Shown: in pieces, positions 59,300 to 64,000 of the stretch
Layout of the letters: every line of letters begins with the position of its first letter
Numbering within the stretch: position 1 is the first letter of the stretch
From: Mizuhopecten yessoensis
Taxonomy: Eukaryota
Reading direction: 5' to 3'
NCBI RefSeq assembly: GCF_002113885.1
Contig: NW_018408801.1
Location: 115,060 to 179,059 of the forward strand
DNA: 64,000 nucleotides
Made by a program: the position numbers and the translations under genes
The notes under the pieces: generated by a model
Database searches by the model: none
What the model saw: the letters and a program-made list of their open reading frames with translations, nothing else
Told to the model about the DNA's origin: nothing

Positions 59300-60317
59300 G
59301 TATTATTGTAGCTATATATATTTAGCTTTATAGTAGCAATTAAACAAAAAAACATTTGTTTCACTAAAAAAAACAGTTTTGTCCTCCGTTTTTTGTATGT
59401 GCACATATATATACGCCACAAGATGATCATTATCAGGTATGACAGTTTGTTTACATTCGTCTTAATTTGTAGTAATTGTAAGTTTGGACTACAGAATGTC
59501 AGGGCTGCAACAGTTAGAAATGATGCCAGTTGGATAATCGTGTGTTTATCTGAACCAAAACCGGGTAATTATGTTTTTTGTGCCATGAAATAGAGCCGCC
59601 AATGGCGTTTTATTTTGATAAAAATATGATTACTTGAAGGGACATCACATGAACAGCCATTTTTTTTTAATGAATCAGAATGTATGTGTTGTATGCACTT
59701 CCGCTTATGTTACCTTGCTATCCCCATATTCATAGTCCGTTCCAAATGTCCAGTTTGACCACTTGAATTGCCCTTTTACAAATTAAATAGCTTCATAAAA
59801 GTCAAGTGAAGGTTTTGAAAGAATTAAGGCAATACACACAGGTGGTCTGACCGAGATGCAAAGTTTCCAAAGGGGCCCCTAGAGAGGTGCCACCAGGCAA
59901 CTGCATCTTCTTTACCACACTATGAAACCAAGGAATATGATTTCTAAGTCTGTGTTGAAACTTGTTGAATCCCCTTGGCAGTCATTATTCATCATCAGAA
60001 GTTAATGTGCACACTTGCCAATATCCAAAATTTAATTGAAGAAATATTGGTTGCATCTCAGCGTTATTTATAGACCAGGAAATATCTAATACCTGAATGT
60101 GACCGGTACGGGGCTCAACACCTTCCCTCAACAATGGGACAAACCTTTCTGTACAAAGGAATATTTACGAGACGATTATCCTTTTTCAAATGTTTTCATA
60201 AAGTATATACCGGTATATAAATGCATTGACAAGTGTAAAAAAAAAAAAGAGAAAGTTTTGTGATTTTTTTTATTACAACTCAATGTCTTTAGCCACTTTT
60301 TTCTAGACCATACACAT

Positions 60318-60941
60318 TAGTGATGTACCGATAATCGGAAACATCGATTAAATCGAGTTTGAAAAGGGTCCGATCCAATAATCGATTTTGCCGATGAAAG
60401 ATCGATTATGTTCAATTGTATTGTAATCCTTTTCTAACTTGAAGCAGACGCAATATCTGCACCGACATTATAAATTTGGTGGTTAATATAAAAATGGAAT
60501 TGTATATGGTAAAAAAGCGGAATTGCTTTTCGTTGCGTCATGTGTATTCGTTTCGAAGAATACATATATCCGCATTTTGTATCAACCGAAATCGCCATAT
60601 TTGAAAGCTAGTAAAATGAAGCTAGCAGAGTGTTTTACGTGATAAATTATTATTAATATGCTATGTTATAGTGATTGGAGCATTCAAATGGGGGTAATGA
60701 ATACCTAAACTGTGAGTACACCAAGTTGTCATCAAGTTTTGAGTCAAAACAGAGATATAATTGAATCCTTCCTTCCGCCTAGATTTCGGAAACGAATATT
60801 TTCTCATCAGTCGGCACAATTACATCAGATAATAAATCGGCCAGCCTCTTATGTTACACGAGTAGGTCATTTGAACCGATCATCGATCGTTTATGGAGTT
60901 CCGATTATCGATCTCAAATATTTGACCGATTCCCAGCACTA
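60318..60941. mobile_element. Non-autonomous hAT element (624 bp)
   Basis: Perfect 8-bp TSD ATACACAT; TAGTG...CACTA termini; subterminal CCGAT/ATCGAT repeats at both ends. Confidence 0.85.
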
Positions 60942-61433
60942 ATACACATATACATATATATTTATGTATACTCTAAATCTCTTTCCCACTTTCACTGTTT
61001 TCATACGTTAACACTTAGTGAGTCATATATAAGCCATCACATTAGATGAACATTTCTGGAAAAAACACTACGTGTACATGTAGAATATGTGTCGGATATG
61101 TGTTGAGATACTTGATTATTATATGTTTTTATTACTTTACAGAGATTTAAGCATATTGTATATGGACTCTTTTTATGTTGAGATAAATCAGTTCCTTTTG
61201 TCCAAAACAGAAGCCGTAGTTATCGGTAGCATGCACCATTTTTACAACGTAAACAAATGATTTTTTTCCCGTTTTCAATACGTATTCCGATTCTATCTGA
61301 AGTCGAAAATTAATTATAGACAAAAGTTGTTGCATGATCATACATTCTAACTTTAAGTCAACATCATGTAAAACCTGAACTGTTGAAACATTAGGATTAA
61401 AAAAGTTATTACTATATTAAAGCACTGACTTAG

Positions 61434-61506
61434 ATAGCAATCTAATTCTGTGCTATAATAGCAATCTAATTCTGTGCTATAATAGCAATCTAATTCTGTG
61501 CTATAA
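61434..61506. repeat. 24-bp tandem repeat x3
   Basis: atagcaatctaattctgtgctata three times. Confidence 0.95.
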
Positions 61507-61884
61507 TTAGGTTCTCCTTCCTCAGTTATTCATCTCGAACCATGATGCCATCATTTTGATATATCTTTAAATCTTGCATGTGAATAAAAATAAATGTTTG
61601 CTTCAACAATATAATTTAATCATACCATTTTACTGAACCCGGGAATATTAAAGATTATGTAAATCTAATTGTGCACGTGTCTCATGTGACCCCGAGTACA
61701 GACAGATAGAGGTACTATACAACATCACAGCAGTTATCCCTTGGAGAGCCCCATAGCAAAATCAAACTAACCAGTCACTTATCCCTTCCTTTCGCATAAA
61801 CTACTGTATATAGAAACGCAAAGTAAACTCTTCAGATACATGCCCATAAATTAATAAAAATAAGTTCATCCGTGTTCCAACTTA

Positions 61885-62351
61885 GGCCAAAAAAAATTGA
61901 TTACTAGGTTCTCGGGCCCGCGCATTTCACTTTAGGGCACTGCATTGCCGATTTTATCTTGAAAGTAAAAAAAAAATGTGAATGCGTCAGCCGCCGTCTT
62001 TAAGAAAAAATCCAGAAAATTGGTCCGCATGTCGTTTTTTACTCGTTAGTCACACAGGGCCCCGAAAATGTTTGAATAAAGATAAGGAAATTGATATACA
62101 GGCAAGTGTTAAAAAGATTATGACTTATTAGTCTTGTGTACAAATGGCGCTCATTTCGGTACAAATAAGGAATGGGTGGTTCGTGATTCTTGTCTGGAAC
62201 ATCATGGGGGATTTTTGGAGGCTTGCTACACAATAAAAAAAAATCGTCCTCGTCTCATTTTTGCCATGTAAAATGGGGAAAAAAATAACTCTGCTGCCGC
62301 ATCTCTTTTGAAAAGAGAACCTGAGAACCAAGTAATTAATTTTGTTTGGCC
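61885..62351. mobile_element. Non-autonomous DNA transposon, GGCC termini, TTA TSD (Zator or PIF/Harbinger)
   Basis: TTA|ggccaaaaaaaattgattactaggttctc...gagaaccaagtaattaattttgtttggcc|TTA. Confidence 0.8.
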
Positions 62352-62390
62352 TTAGACAAAGATACATACATGTACTAGCGAGCTTATTAA

Positions 62391-63285
62391 GGCCATAATA
62401 AATTAATTGCTAGATTCTCATCCAAATTTTTTTCAAAATTGGGGCGGAGGGACAAATTTTATTTTTTATTTTTCCTAGAATTTGAAATGGTTGCAAATGT
62501 GTTTAAATAGTGCAATAAAGGCGCATGTTCAGTGTACATTTGTCTTTATTTTTTGTTAATAACAACTTTGAGTATGCAGTATACACATTGAACACCATTT
62601 CACTGTTCAGTACACATATATATCTGTACTAACTGTTGGTATGAATACACCACCCCACATTACTTTTTCACATATCGTCCTCTTTTAATTACAGTGACCT
62701 TGCCATTAGCCAAACAGTTCTGGCATATGGGGTAGTTTTCATCAGATTTAGCCACATTGTCATCTGTGCCACAATGGAAGCATACTGCTTTAAAACCACC
62801 AGAGAAATAGGCCAGTTCAATTGGCCCATCACATGTCAGATTTTTCTTACAAACACTGATTTTATCACATTGTCTTGTTCGGTTTCTACATCAGCAAAAT
62901 CAGAACCACCAGCCGACACAACGACCCTGTTACCACACTCGACGGGCGCAGATTTGTCAATCGTTCCATCAGCTAATTCATGAAAGACTTCCATTAATGT
63001 TTTAGTATCGGCTACTGAACACCCATACCAATCTTTAAGAACGGCAAGTTGACATTTCAGCTTGAGAATTACAAAAACCATACTTGCAGACGACAAGTTT
63101 TCTACGACCGGAAGTTGATAATATAAAACTAATTTTTGAAGTGGAAAACGGGGGGGAAAAATCTGGATTTCGTATTTTCATGGTTTTTTTTTTGCAAATT
63201 AAAAAATTGGGGCGTGGCCTCAAAGATAGGGTGGGCGGGGATGAGAATCTAGCAATTAATTTATTTAAGAAATTTTATTATGGCC
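62391..63285 (-). mobile_element. Internally deleted DNA transposon, GGCC termini, TAA TSD, retaining a Cys-rich probable transposase C-terminus
   Basis: TAA|ggccataataaattaattgctagattctcatcc...ggatgagaatctagcaattaat...ttattatggcc|TAA; minus-strand remnant LTCDGPIELAYFSGGFKAVCFHCGTDDNVAKSDENYPICQNCLANGK ending TAA at 62660-62662. Confidence 0.8.
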
Positions 63286-64000
63286 TAATATTAAGCTTAA
63301 TAATCCTTGCGCTATTCTTTGACCATTTGGCATTTTTTCACTTCGTAGCTGACACGTAGAATCTCCTCTTCTATTAGTTATTACACAGTTTTATGAATAT
63401 GTATCGGCAAAATCCGACCGTTAGTTTCCATGGGGATACTCACTTGATATATTCATGCTTTATTTCAAAAAAAAAGTCAAAAGAAAATATATATATATAC
63501 CTCACCGTGATGTCCCTTTAATTCACTAAATGCATATACACAAAGATAACCCATACCAATTACTTGCAACATGTTGCAATTTCTCAAAATCTGTTTATAT
63601 TGGCTACATATCGCTAGCCTCCCGATTCGAAAATGTCTGTAGAGTTTCGCTTTCAATCATGTGTCCTCAACGTTATGCACATGTATTTCTGTGCATCACA
63701 TGTACAGCTTCCGGTTGGAACACAGAGGACAGCTGCCGGTGAATGATAAGTTATATTATTCAACAAAATGTCAGTCGGTATTATGTTAGCCTATTGTATA
63801 CATGCATTCAATGGTATAGCAAATATATATATATATATAAACTGATTACAAAGCGTTTTTGAGTTCTGTCAACCAGCAGTCAGGAACAACATTTCTGACT
63901 GGGAAACCCAATAAACATTGACCTACATTTTGGGACATTTTTATCGGGTACGTATATCTAGATTTACTAAACCGGATAGTAATCATAATTAACCGTTCAG

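Overview
AT-rich, intron-rich animal genomic DNA. The repeat landscape suggests a bivalve mollusc, which is an inference. Four spliced genes were reconstructed by hand with GT-AG introns and consistent phases. (1) CFAP58/CCDC147, minus strand, 16 coding exons, ~877 aa, with an RFX X-box just upstream. (2) Head-to-head with it, a Tks4/Tks5 (SH3PXD2)-family PX + 4xSH3 scaffold, plus strand, 12 exons, ~835 aa, carrying a p47phox-like motif after the tandem SH3s. (3) An orphan two-exon gene for a 100-aa secreted, Arg-rich (net about +9), four-cysteine peptide that the ORF track only half shows; this is the best novelty candidate. (4) THNSL2 (threonine synthase-like 2), minus strand, 8 exons, ~476 aa, with tandem duplicated splice acceptors at exon 6. 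The rest is repeats: a 3.1-kb 77-bp satellite with dimeric higher-order structure, several minisatellites, a 5'-truncated dead CR1/L2-type LINE, Tx1/L1 ORF1 and Penelope remnants, tRNA-derived SINE heads, and many non-autonomous DNA transposons, most with readable TIRs and TSDs (hAT, Tc1/mariner, piggyBac, MULE-like, Zator/Harbinger-like, and a ~1-kb P/Galileo-like foldback). No CRISPR, rRNA or intact tRNA gene. All family assignments come from motif recognition without database searches.
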